Origin: Caldisericota bacterium
GTDB taxonomy: Bacteria; Caldisericota; JANLFM01
Assembly (NCBI GenBank): GCA_024655865.1
Contig: JANLFM010000004.1
Coordinates: 19,040-83,039, forward strand
Direction: 5' to 3'
DNA: 64,000 bases
Below the pieces are notes generated by a model. That model saw only the letters and a list, made by a program, of their open reading frames with translations. It made no database searches and was not told where the DNA came from. Shown one piece after another: positions 1-9,614 of the stretch. The position numbers were made by a program, and so were the translations under genes. Numbering within the stretch: the first letter of the stretch is position 1; every line of letters starts with the position of its first letter.

Positions 1-61
1 CAATTAAAAACATAGAAATCGGGAAGGACTACTTTAAAATTTATCAACTGAGTGTGGCTTT

Positions 62-508
62 ATGGATAAGATCAGAACTTCTGTTTGTATAGCAACCTAT
101 AACGAGGCAAAATTCTTAAAAGAGCAGATAGAAAGCTTGCTCCATCAAACAATTTTACCGGACGAAATAGTCGTTTCTGACGATAGTTCTTCAGATGACA
201 CTCCACGGATATTGGAAGAATATCAAAATAGGCATCCGAGATTGTTTCGTATTTTCTTGCACAAGGACAACCTTGGTTTTGTTGGAAACTTCGAGCGATG
301 CCTAAAAGAGGCGCGGGGAGACTTTGTGGTCCTATGTGACCAAGATGACATCTGGCTTCCGGAAAAACTTGAAAAGCAAATAAGAATTTTTCAGCAATAC
401 CCTGAAGTGGGGATGGTATTTTGCGATCTTAAAGTCGTAAACTCTAACTTAGCTCTGGTTCGGAATTCTTTTTGGGACATCTTGGGCTTTCGCGAAGAGG
501 GTGACTAA
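62..508 (+). pseudogene. GT2 glycosyltransferase, apparently C-terminally truncated
   Basis: SVCIATYN, DD and CDQDD GT-A motifs. It stops at 148 aa, whereas this family is usually about 300 aa. Confidence 0.55.
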
Positions 509-736
509 GGCTTCTTCAATAATAAGAAAAATATTCTTCAGATGGCTTTTCCTTTCACTACTCCTTTCTTTCACGCAGTTCCTTAATTAACTTTTGCTAT
601 TATGCTTCCACAGAAACTGCCTTCTTGTTGATTTGGTTTATAAGTTAATCTACAGGGGATTAATGGTATTTTAGGCCGTAACGCGAATTTCTGTGCATAC
701 ACTATAGCTGTTTTCTGTTTCAGTTTTATCAAGCCA

Positions 737-1630
737 TTAATTAAAGTCATCGAACTCGCGTTTTCCTAACCGATTTAACATTCCGTCTTTTAAACCCTTA
801 AGTGTAGCATTAAGCTTTCGTTTCTTATCCGCTTCGCCGATGACAATCTTTATCAGCTCTTTGAACATCTGTACTGCCTCAAACCAGCACCAAGATGGAT
901 AAATATGCCAATAGAGTCTAATAAGATAAATTCGATTTCTGGCTATATAGTAACGTCTGATATATGAATGATTGGAGACCCAAAATTTTCTACCGAAGAT
1001 GGATTTTTGTTCCAAATTACCCAATCGGTGTAACAAGCAAGCTTCAGAAACATATTCTATCAAATAGCCCAAGTAATTGAGCCTGAGACAAAATTCATTA
1101 TCAACCGAGTCAATAAACAAATCCTCTTTAAAAAACCCAATATTAGGGATTAAAGATAAACGAATTAAACTCCCCGAGGTAATTCTAGTGAGGGGATTTT
1201 GTGGAATAGGAATTTTACTCCTGGAGTTTGGTGCATTTACCTCAATGATTTTAGGCGCCAGCATCGCCACGCGCCTCTGTTTATTCGGCGAAAGCTCAGC
1301 GTAGTGTTTTAGCATCTGGGGGACCATCCTTGGCATGGCTTGACTATCTTGATCCAGGGCAAGTAACCAATCAAAATTAGCATCAATGGCAAATCGCAAA
1401 CCCTGGTTGAGAGCAGCGGATACTCCCAAGTTCGATTGATTTAAAATTAGACTAACCCGGTTGCGATCAGCAGCTTGTAAATTTTGGATCAATGAAACAG
1501 TATCAGATTTAGAGCCATTATCAACAATTAGGACATGGTCTACCTGGTCTTTAATAGATTTAAGATTCTCCCGGATCTCTTCCTTTCCATTATATGTGAC
1601 TATAACTGCACAAACTGACTGTGAATTCAT
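737..1630 (-). CDS. GT2 glycosyltransferase (rhamnosyltransferase-like)
   Basis: VIVTYN, DNGS, LDQDS, ITSGSLI, FIDSVD and RRYYIARN motifs; lies directly downstream of the rml genes. Confidence 0.85.
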   Translation of the reverse strand: MNSQSVCAVIVTYNGKEEIRENLKSIKDQVDHVLIVDNGSKSDTVSLIQNLQAADRNRVSLILNQSNLGVSAALNQGLRFAIDANFDWLLALDQDSQAMPRMVPQMLKHYAELSPNKQRRVAMLAPKIIEVNAPNSRSKIPIPQNPLTRITSGSLIRLSLIPNIGFFKEDLFIDSVDNEFCLRLNYLGYLIEYVSEACLLHRLGNLEQKSIFGRKFWVSNHSYIRRYYIARNRIYLIRLYWHIYPSWCWFEAVQMFKELIKIVIGEADKKRKLNATLKGLKDGMLNRLGKREFDDFN

Positions 1631-1640
1631 GAATTGACCT

Positions 1641-2462
1641 TTAAGCCTTCATAAATTTTGCAAGTTCTTCTTGCCATAAAGGCGCTGGCATAGTTAGAAA
1701 AAGAGTCGAGTAGGAGGGGCGTGGCGCAGGTCGAGATAATTGGAGAGTCTTAATGGGTTCAACCTTTTTAGAAATTTCAGCCAACTGTAAAATAGCCTGT
1801 GCAAATTCATACCAAGAAATCCCGTTCCCTGCATCATCGGTGTAATGGTGAATACCATACCAGCCAGTCTGAATTAAATCAGCGATTGCCCGGGAAAGGC
1901 TTTTGGTGTGCGTCGGAGAGCCTATCTGGTCGTCTACAACCTCCAGGCATTCCTTTTCCCTTGCCAATTTCAAGATCGTAGTGACGAAGTTTTTTCCATA
2001 TTTTCCATAAAGCCAACTTGTGCGCACGATGTAAAAACGGGAACAATGCCACTCTACGAATTTCTCCCCAGCGAGTTTGGTGTATCCGTACCAGTTTATG
2101 GGATTAGGTGGATCCAAGGGGCGGTAAGGGGTTTTCTTCGTGCCATCGAAGACGTAATCCGTGCTGATTTGAACCAGCTCACATTTTTTATCTTCACAGG
2201 CTAAAGCCAGGTTCTGCACTCCTAAGGCGTTAATTGCGTAAGCCAGGTCCCTCTCTACTTCAGCCTGATCCACGTTGGTGTAAGCGGCGCAGTTAATCAC
2301 AATTTGCGGATGAAAATGCTCAATGGCTTCAAAAACTGCCTTGCGGTCAGTAATATCAAGCTCCTGCCTGCCTAAAGGGATTACATCATGCCCCTGGTCC
2401 CTTAAAATTGGGACGAGGTCCTGCCCAAGCATCCCTTTGGCACCGGTGACCATTATCCTCAT
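1641..2462 (-). CDS. rfbD: dTDP-4-dehydrorhamnose reductase
   Basis: VTGAKGMLG, AAYTNVD, STDYVFDG and YGYTK motifs. Start moved to the ATG at 2462, which overlaps the rfbB stop (TAATG). Confidence 0.93.
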   Translation of the reverse strand: MRIMVTGAKGMLGQDLVPILRDQGHDVIPLGRQELDITDRKAVFEAIEHFHPQIVINCAAYTNVDQAEVERDLAYAINALGVQNLALACEDKKCELVQISTDYVFDGTKKTPYRPLDPPNPINWYGYTKLAGEKFVEWHCSRFYIVRTSWLYGKYGKNFVTTILKLAREKECLEVVDDQIGSPTHTKSLSRAIADLIQTGWYGIHHYTDDAGNGISWYEFAQAILQLAEISKKVEPIKTLQLSRPAPRPSYSTLFLTMPAPLWQEELAKFMKA

Positions 2463-3460
2463 TATTTGCTCCAGAACCCCTTGCTCTCTTTTTGCAGTCG
2501 TTCCTTTAAGGGCTTCCACCAATGAGAATTGTTCATATACCACTCCACCGTGCGCCGAATACCTTCCTCAAAGGAAGTAGCTGGGTTCCATCCCAGTTCA
2601 GATTCGATTTTGGTGTTGTCCAAAGCATAGCGAAAATCATGGCCTGGGCGATCGGGGACAAATTCAACCATTTCCTCGCTCTGCCCCATTATTTTCAGCA
2701 CCTCTCGAACAACCTCGATGTTGTGCTTCTCGCATTTCCCCCCTATATTGTAGGCCTCACCAGGCTTTCCTCTCTCCAGGATCAGGTCAATCGCTCGGCA
2801 ATTATCCTCCACGAAAAGCCAGTCCCGGACATTCAACCCCTGTCCATAAACGGGGACCTTCTTTCCCTCAATCAAATTTGTGATCATCAAGGGAATGAGC
2901 TTCTCCGGGAATTGATAAGGCCCATAATTATTCGAGGGTCGAGCAATGCACACTGGAAGCCCATAAGTGGTGAAATAGGATTGAACGAGAAGGTCCGCTG
3001 CTGCTTTGGAGGCGGAGTAGGGAGAACGAGGACGAAAGGGGTCGGTTTCCTTAAAAAGGCCCTCTTCACCCAATGCGCCATAGACCTCATCAGTGGAGAT
3101 ATGGACAAATTTTTTGATCCCGTGTTTCAGGGCTGAATTCAAGAGGACCTGGGTTCCCATAACGTTGGTTTTTATAAAAGGAGCTGCATCCAGAATGGAC
3201 CTATCCACGTGGCTTTCCGCCGCAAAGTGAACCACAGCCTCAACTCCCTCCAGGGCTTCTTCGAGCCTTTCTGCATCTTCCACCCTGCCGTGAACGAATC
3301 GGTATCGGGCCTCATTCTCAATGTCCTTCAGGTTCTCAATGTTCCCGGCGTAAGTCAGGGCATCAAGGTTTACGATTTCCACATCAGGGTGTTTATTTAG
3401 CATGTAGCGGATGAAATTTGATCCAATAAAACCATACCCTCCGGTTACCAGGATTTTCAT
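2462..3460 (-). CDS. rfbB: dTDP-glucose 4,6-dehydratase
   Basis: TGGYGFIGSNF, AAESHVDRS, STDEVYG, YSASK and DRPGHD motifs. Confidence 0.95.
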   Translation of the reverse strand: MKILVTGGYGFIGSNFIRYMLNKHPDVEIVNLDALTYAGNIENLKDIENEARYRFVHGRVEDAERLEEALEGVEAVVHFAAESHVDRSILDAAPFIKTNVMGTQVLLNSALKHGIKKFVHISTDEVYGALGEEGLFKETDPFRPRSPYSASKAAADLLVQSYFTTYGLPVCIARPSNNYGPYQFPEKLIPLMITNLIEGKKVPVYGQGLNVRDWLFVEDNCRAIDLILERGKPGEAYNIGGKCEKHNIEVVREVLKIMGQSEEMVEFVPDRPGHDFRYALDNTKIESELGWNPATSFEEGIRRTVEWYMNNSHWWKPLKERLQKESKGFWSK

Positions 3461-3957
3461 GGCATATCCTCCAATTTAAATTTGGAATGGGGATCGTTCT
3501 CGTGGCGCACCTCATCAACTGGTTCTTTTTTGCCACGCCCAGCGTAGAGGCGATTGGGAAAATTTAGCACCAGTCCATCTTTCCCCCCCACGTTTTTGTA
3601 TGCATGGACCACTCGAGGGGGCACAATCAGGCAAGCAGGCCGCGATTCCCCCAAAAGCAATTTAATATGGAGACCGTAAGATGTAGACTCCGGCCTGTTG
3701 TCCCAGAGATGCACCTCAAAATCAGAGGGCCCGAGGAAAGCGAAAAAATCGCTTTGCTCCAGGTGCTCGTGAGGGCCCCTGGCTATTCCGGGAAGGGTTA
3801 AGGAGATATAGGACATTACCGGGACATATTCCCTTAATCCTGCCTCTTCCAGAAAATCCAGGCGGAAGGTTTCCATAAGCCAACCTCGCTGATCCTGGAA
3901 TTTTGTAACGTCCCACATCACAACTCCTTCAATTTCCAGCTTCTGAATAGGAATCAT
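3457..3957 (-). CDS. rfbC: dTDP-4-dehydrorhamnose 3,5-epimerase
   Basis: Cupin with DQRGWLME and RGPHEH motifs; sits between rfbA and rfbB. Confidence 0.88.
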   Translation of the reverse strand: MIPIQKLEIEGVVMWDVTKFQDQRGWLMETFRLDFLEEAGLREYVPVMSYISLTLPGIARGPHEHLEQSDFFAFLGPSDFEVHLWDNRPESTSYGLHIKLLLGESRPACLIVPPRVVHAYKNVGGKDGLVLNFPNRLYAGRGKKEPVDEVRHENDPHSKFKLEDMP

Positions 3958-5042
3958 AGCTCCACCTCGCTGTAGTCTCCAACCATTAACCTCAAAGCCC
4001 GATGTTTGTCGTGTCCTTTGATCCTTGCCTGGCGGCCAACCACGCTGTCCTCAATACGCTCCACATTTTCCAGAAAGCTGTTTTCCAGAATTACTGAGTG
4101 TTCTATGTCCACGTGCTTCAAAGTGCACCCGTTACCAATCGAGGTGTAAGGGCCAATGAAGGAATTCTCTACTTGTGACCCTTCTCCGAGAATTGCCGGC
4201 CCTCTGATAGTGGAATCCCGAACTACAGCTCCTTTTTCAATCTGTACCCTCCCGCTTATTGAGGTGTTAATAACTTCTCCCTCAATTTGCCTTTTGGCGT
4301 AAGTATCCAAAACTATGGTGTTCGCTTCTAATAGGTCGTCCTTTTTTCCAGTATCGAGCCACCAGCCCTCCACAATTTTGGGGTAGATTTTGCCTCCGGA
4401 GTTCAAAAGCTCCTGAATGGCATCGGTAATCTCCAACTCTCCACGCCAGGAAGGTTTGATCTTCTCGATTGCTTTGTGGATCTTCGGGGAAAAAATGTAC
4501 ACCCCCACAAGCGCCAAGTTCGAAGGGGGCTCCTTGGGCTTTTCAATTAACCTTTGCACCTTGCCCTGTCCATCCAAAACTGCCACACCAAAAGCCCTAG
4601 GGTCCGGAACTTCTTTTAAGAAGATTACGGCATCGGCTTTCTCCCTCTTGAAAATCTCCATCCCCTCCTGGATGCCTTCCTGCAGTAAATTGTCGCCTAG
4701 ATACATCACAAAGGGGCAATCTCTAAGAAAGGGTTGGGCGATTTTCACGGCATGAGCGAGGCCCGCCGGCTTATCCTGATACACATAAGTAAGCTCCATC
4801 CCCCATTTTGAGCCATCTTTGAGAAAAGCCTTGACGTCCTCCCCTGTCTCCGGGGCGATGATGACCACGGTGTCTTTAATTCCACCCTCTCCCAGATGGC
4901 CGAAGACATAGGAAAGTATCGGCCGATTGGCCACCGGGATTAATTGTTTTGCGGTGGTAAAGGTAAGGGGTCGTAGGCGGGTTCCCTTCCCGCCGCTAAG
5001 AACTAAACCCTTAAATTGATCCATTTCTTCCAACAATGTCAC
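3954..5042 (-). CDS. rfbA: Glucose-1-phosphate thymidylyltransferase (long form)
   Basis: GGKGTRLRPLT, KQLIPVAN, RGELEITDA and WLDTG motifs plus a C-terminal beta-helix. Confidence 0.92.
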   Translation of the reverse strand: MTLLEEMDQFKGLVLSGGKGTRLRPLTFTTAKQLIPVANRPILSYVFGHLGEGGIKDTVVIIAPETGEDVKAFLKDGSKWGMELTYVYQDKPAGLAHAVKIAQPFLRDCPFVMYLGDNLLQEGIQEGMEIFKREKADAVIFLKEVPDPRAFGVAVLDGQGKVQRLIEKPKEPPSNLALVGVYIFSPKIHKAIEKIKPSWRGELEITDAIQELLNSGGKIYPKIVEGWWLDTGKKDDLLEANTIVLDTYAKRQIEGEVINTSISGRVQIEKGAVVRDSTIRGPAILGEGSQVENSFIGPYTSIGNGCTLKHVDIEHSVILENSFLENVERIEDSVVGRQARIKGHDKHRALRLMVGDYSEVEL

Positions 5043-5079
5043 TCCCTTTTAAATAGTTTAGTAAACTCCTCGGATACTT

Positions 5080-6105
5080 TCATTTTTTGGAAAAACAAAG
5101 CTGAAACCATTTCTGAAGAGTCGTTGTATATTTTTTTAAAATTTTTGCGTTTACAATTTCCTCCTGAGTAATGGAGCCTCTCTTCCCTCTTAAGGCGTGC
5201 CAGATTCCCAGGATGCGGGCAACGGTAATTTTAGGGTCCTCTTTGAACTCCCTTTTGAACAGTGAGGTTAAGAGGATAAAAAGAACTAAGCCTGTGCGAA
5301 GAAAAAGAGCGCACAAAAAATGCAATAATGAATAATTTCTTCTTGCGAAAATTAATGCGTTTCTCGTACCATAATACGTCAGCAGGTAAGAACTTTCAGC
5401 TAGCGTTATACTCCCTTTGTGCCAGACAATTGAATTTGGCTCATAATAAGTTAGCCAGCCCTTTTTTCGCCCCTGTACCATCCAATTAGTATCTTCCCAG
5501 TATAGGAAGTAACTTTCATCCATCAACCCAATTTGATTCAGCGCTTTTACTCGCACTAACAAACTCGCCCCGGTGACAAAGTCCACCGTTTTTCTTTTTG
5601 AGAATTCGTGTTGATCTTTCTGCCCAAAACCAATGTGGCGAGTAACTGCTTTCCAGGGATATACTTTCCCACCTGCATGTTGAATCAAGTCAGGTTGATC
5701 AAAGAAAAAAATTTTGCTTCCTACAAAAGCAGCTTTCTCCTCTTCTTGTGCACATTTTACGAGCATCTTCAGGGACTTAGGCGCAACGATTACATCGTTA
5801 TTAACAAGCCAGATAAATTCTGCACCTTCTTCTATTGCCATTTTTATCCCTACATTGTTTCCACCAGCGAATCCCAGGTTTTTGGGCAACTCTAAATATT
5901 TAATCTTTGAACATTTTAACTTTAAGGTCTCTATGAATTCCCTTAGTTTTTCTCTATCTGCAACATCAGAACTATTATCAATTATTAATATTTGGAAATT
6001 TTCATACTCAAGACCAAGCAAGGAATTAATGCATTGGATGCAATCCTCATGCCGATTAAAATTGAGAACAATTATCCAGGTTAACGGTTCAAATTGTGTA
6101 TTCAC
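5080..6105 (-). CDS. GT2 glycosyltransferase
   Basis: IIVLNFN, NLGFAGGNN, NND and FLYWED motifs; AT-rich. Confidence 0.85.
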   Translation of the reverse strand: MNTQFEPLTWIIVLNFNRHEDCIQCINSLLGLEYENFQILIIDNSSDVADREKLREFIETLKLKCSKIKYLELPKNLGFAGGNNVGIKMAIEEGAEFIWLVNNDVIVAPKSLKMLVKCAQEEEKAAFVGSKIFFFDQPDLIQHAGGKVYPWKAVTRHIGFGQKDQHEFSKRKTVDFVTGASLLVRVKALNQIGLMDESYFLYWEDTNWMVQGRKKGWLTYYEPNSIVWHKGSITLAESSYLLTYYGTRNALIFARRNYSLLHFLCALFLRTGLVLFILLTSLFKREFKEDPKITVARILGIWHALRGKRGSITQEEIVNAKILKKYTTTLQKWFQLCFSKK

Positions 6106-7214
6106 TTTAACCTCTCGTACTCCTTTAAAATACTACGAGCCGTATTTTCCCATGAAAACATTTTCCACCTTTGAAGCCCTTTTTCCTTTAAGGTCTGGCG
6201 GGATGAGGAGTTTAAAAGCAGGGACTTGACGCCCTCTCCCCAGGCATCCAGATTATCAGGTGGAAGGAGTAGGGCGGCATCTCCCAGAACCTCTGGCAGT
6301 GAGGTACAATTTGAGGCCACAACAGGGAGGCCGTAGGACATGGCTTCCAGGGGAGGAAGGCCAAAGCCCTCCGAGAGGGAGGGGAAGAGGAAAAGCAGGG
6401 CATTTTTATAAAGAATGCTCAGCTCCTCCGGACTCACATAACCCAACAAAAGCACCAGCTCAGGATCAGTCTTTGATAATTCCAGCTGGAATTCCTGGTA
6501 ATCAGGGTCCACTGCCCCAGCTATAACCAGCTTTAAGCTGGGAAAGGACTTCTGAAGTTCCCGAATCAAGCGCACGAGGAGAGCTACATCTTTGTGGAAG
6601 CGGACGTTTCCACAGTAGAGAAGGTAATCCCTTAAATTGTATTTTTCCAGGAAAGTGCGCTCCCTCTCCGGGGGAGCTTCAGGTGGAGGCTCCACCCCAT
6701 TATAAATAACTCTGATTTTTTCCCCGGGAATCCCCATTTCAATGAGGCTTTGAGCGGTGAACCGGGAAACCGCAAAGACCGCTTCAGCCCTTCTCGAAGC
6801 TCTCCTCACCATTATCTGGAAATAAGCTCTGGCCGCCGGGGAATACTGCTGAGGAAAGCGCAAGGGAGTTAGGTCATGGATGGTTACGATCAATTTTCCG
6901 CGCCAGAAAAAAGGAGCGTTGAAGTGGGGAACATGGAACAAGAAGATGTTCCTGTCCCGAAGCAGGCGGGGTATTTCCCAGTGCTCTTTCAGCCTCAGGG
7001 GCGGGGTTGAACATTCCAAAAATTGGAAGTTCTCTTTCTTGGGGAGGAACCTTTGAGCAAAAGGCGGACCAAAGATGGTGAATTTTAAGCTTGAAGGAAG
7101 TTCAACTTTAGAAAAACCAGTGAGCAGACCTTTAATATGTGCTCCAATACCACTGTATTTTTCCCTTAAGAAGCGGGCATCCAGAGCAATGTGAAACTCC
7201 CTCTCGCTACTCAT
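6102..7214 (-). CDS. GT4 glycosyltransferase (mannosyltransferase-like)
   Basis: TIHDL and EGFGLPPLEAM motifs. Confidence 0.88.
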   Translation of the reverse strand: MSSEREFHIALDARFLREKYSGIGAHIKGLLTGFSKVELPSSLKFTIFGPPFAQRFLPKKENFQFLECSTPPLRLKEHWEIPRLLRDRNIFLFHVPHFNAPFFWRGKLIVTIHDLTPLRFPQQYSPAARAYFQIMVRRASRRAEAVFAVSRFTAQSLIEMGIPGEKIRVIYNGVEPPPEAPPERERTFLEKYNLRDYLLYCGNVRFHKDVALLVRLIRELQKSFPSLKLVIAGAVDPDYQEFQLELSKTDPELVLLLGYVSPEELSILYKNALLFLFPSLSEGFGLPPLEAMSYGLPVVASNCTSLPEVLGDAALLLPPDNLDAWGEGVKSLLLNSSSRQTLKEKGLQRWKMFSWENTARSILKEYERLK

Positions 7215-8323
7215 AGGCTCTCGATCACGTCTTCCCAGCGGGAAAGAAAAACATCCTGAGAGAAGTCATTTACGATCCTCTCTCGAGCGAATGAGGAAAA
7301 TTCCTCCCTTCCCTGGCGGAATAAATCCATGATGGCCTTGGAAAGTTCCATTGCGTCCTTGGGGGAAATGATCAATCCCGTCTGGCCGTGCAAGTTATAG
7401 AAGCTCGTTCCCGTTCCAATTTCCGTGGTGATCACGGGAACCCCGCAAGCCATAGCCTCACAGGCCACAAGGCCAAAGGCTTCGCTCCGAGCGATGGAGG
7501 GCAGAACGAAGACGTCTGCTCCCCGGTAAACAGAAGGGAGCTCTTCGTCCTTCACGGGAGGGATAAAGACCACTCTCTCTTCCAAGTGAAGTTCTTTAAC
7601 CAGGGAAAGCAGTTTTGGCTTTCCCTCTCCGTCCCCCACGAGGACCACTCTGACATTCTGGGGAAGAGAGGGGACGGCCTTGATCAGGTATTCCAAACCC
7701 TTGTAGTAAGCGAATCTCCCCACGTAGAGAACGATGGAGAACCCTTCCTGCCGAATTTGGGAAAGGATGGGGTGCACAGGACCCTCAGGGGTGAAAAAAT
7801 CAGTATCCACGGCCAGGGGAATGATGCGCACCTTTTCCTTGAACTGGGAAAGGATGGGAGAAGTTTGGGCATAGTTGGGGGAGGTGGCGACGATGTATTT
7901 AGCCCTGGAAAGGAAAATCCGGGTTTCCAGGTCGTAGAAGGGTTTGAGGGCTTTCTGTCTCACCACATCGGAATGGTAGAGAACGATTTTGGGAGGGTTA
8001 GCGTTGACTATGAGTTCGGCCAGCTCCCCTGCGGGATCGGGAAAGTGGTGGATGATGAGGTCAGCTTCCCTGGAAAGCTTTTTGTAGAAGCTAGGAAAGG
8101 AGAAACTGAAGGGGGCGCTGGAGACATAAAAAGAAGTCTTCACTAATTGCAGGTGAACTCCATTTAATTCCTTTTCCTCTGTCTTCGGCCCACAGGCCAA
8201 AACGGTAATAGAATATCCTTCTTGCGCCAATCCCTCCCCTAACCTCTGGACGACCTTCTCCACCCCTCCGATGTGAGGGAAGTAGAGTTTATTCACCTGA
8301 AGGACGCGGGGTTTTTTGTCCAT
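7211..8323 (-). CDS. GT4 glycosyltransferase
   Basis: YFPHIGGVE, YHSDVVRQ and EAFGLVACEAM motifs. Confidence 0.88.
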   Translation of the reverse strand: MDKKPRVLQVNKLYFPHIGGVEKVVQRLGEGLAQEGYSITVLACGPKTEEKELNGVHLQLVKTSFYVSSAPFSFSFPSFYKKLSREADLIIHHFPDPAGELAELIVNANPPKIVLYHSDVVRQKALKPFYDLETRIFLSRAKYIVATSPNYAQTSPILSQFKEKVRIIPLAVDTDFFTPEGPVHPILSQIRQEGFSIVLYVGRFAYYKGLEYLIKAVPSLPQNVRVVLVGDGEGKPKLLSLVKELHLEERVVFIPPVKDEELPSVYRGADVFVLPSIARSEAFGLVACEAMACGVPVITTEIGTGTSFYNLHGQTGLIISPKDAMELSKAIMDLFRQGREEFSSFARERIVNDFSQDVFLSRWEDVIESL

Positions 8324-8339
8324 TATTCCGGGGCCGCGA

Positions 8340-9410
8340 TCAAGGTTTTCCCAGCCTCACTTCCGTCTCGTCCCCCACGTGCAGCCTCAAGCCAGGAATT
8401 CCATTTTCCTCCTGTACGATCGTCGCCCTGCGCCCCACGATGCTCGATTCCAGACGGGGAATGTTCACCACTTGGGCCTCCTTCATCAGGATGCTGAAGG
8501 CAATCCCAGAATTTTTAACCAGAGCGTCCTCCCCGATGCTGGTGAAGGGCTCAATCAGCGAATCTTCAATCCTGGCGTTTTTCCCGATGATCGCCGGGCC
8601 CCGGATCTCGCTTCTTTCCACCCTGGCCCCCTCCTCCACGGTCACCCTTCCCGTGATCTTGCTCTCTCTGATTTCTCCTTTGAGGGAAAAGCAAGCTTGA
8701 AGGTCAAGAAGCAGGCGGTTGGCCTCCAGGAGGTCTTCCTTCTTCCCCGTATCCAGCCAGAAGCCCTGGGCAATCCTGCCCTTCACCTGGAAGCCTTTTT
8801 CCACGAGGAACTGGATGGCGTCCGTGATCTCGTACTCGTTCCTTGAGGAAGGCTTGAGGGAATCGATGGCTTCCTGCACCGCACCTGAGAAAAAGTACAA
8901 GCCGATGATGGCGTAAGGTGAGGGAGGCTCCTGGGGCTTTTCGATCACTTTGAGGATTCTGCCCTTTTCGTCCATAAGGGCCACGCCAAACCTTCGGGGA
9001 TCGGGGACTTCCTTCAGGTAAATCAGGGCATCGAGGCCCAATTGGAGGAATTCCTGGGCGCCAGGGAGGAAATCCTCCTCCAGGAGGTTGTCGCCCAAGA
9101 AAAGCAGAAATGGGTCATCCTTAAGGAAGGGATGCGCCACCTTCACGGCGTGAGCGATGCCCAGGGGTTTCTCCTGATAGATGTATTGGAATTTGGGTCC
9201 GTAGCGCTCCTCGATCTCCTGCCCTGTTTCCGGGCTCAGGACGAAGCCGATTTCCTTGATCCCTGCTCTTTCCATTTTTTCCAGGGCGTAATCCAGGATG
9301 GGCTTGTTGGCCACAGGGATCAGATGCTTGGGCATGGAGTAGGTCAGGGGTCTTAATCTCGTTCCCTTCCCCGCACAGAGAATCAGAGCTTTCAAATTCT
9401 CGCCTTTCAT
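8340..9410 (-). CDS. Second glucose-1-phosphate thymidylyltransferase paralog
   Basis: GKGTRLRPLT, EKP, EITDA and WLDTGKKEDLLEAN motifs; clearly homologous to 3954-5042. Confidence 0.88.
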   Translation of the reverse strand: MKGENLKALILCAGKGTRLRPLTYSMPKHLIPVANKPILDYALEKMERAGIKEIGFVLSPETGQEIEERYGPKFQYIYQEKPLGIAHAVKVAHPFLKDDPFLLFLGDNLLEEDFLPGAQEFLQLGLDALIYLKEVPDPRRFGVALMDEKGRILKVIEKPQEPPSPYAIIGLYFFSGAVQEAIDSLKPSSRNEYEITDAIQFLVEKGFQVKGRIAQGFWLDTGKKEDLLEANRLLLDLQACFSLKGEIRESKITGRVTVEEGARVERSEIRGPAIIGKNARIEDSLIEPFTSIGEDALVKNSGIAFSILMKEAQVVNIPRLESSIVGRRATIVQEENGIPGLRLHVGDETEVRLGKP

Positions 9411-9592
9411 CGTTGATCCATTATAGCGAATCTGAAAACTCCCTGTGTATTAGTTCACTATATGCGATACGCCTTCCGTCTTCCTAAAACTTAAAAGGCA
9501 TTGGCCGAAGAATATTCCCAGGAGTTACCGATATGCTTATCTCATACGGATAATTGATTTTTTTATTCCTTATGATACAATTTTGCGTAGAA

Positions 9593-9614
9593 ATTATATC
9601 ATAGAGGATATAAT
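9593..9614. promoter_or_regulatory. Perfect palindrome ATTATATC-N6-GATATAAT (putative operator)
   Basis: Read directly; it abuts the ATG at 9615. Confidence 0.55.
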
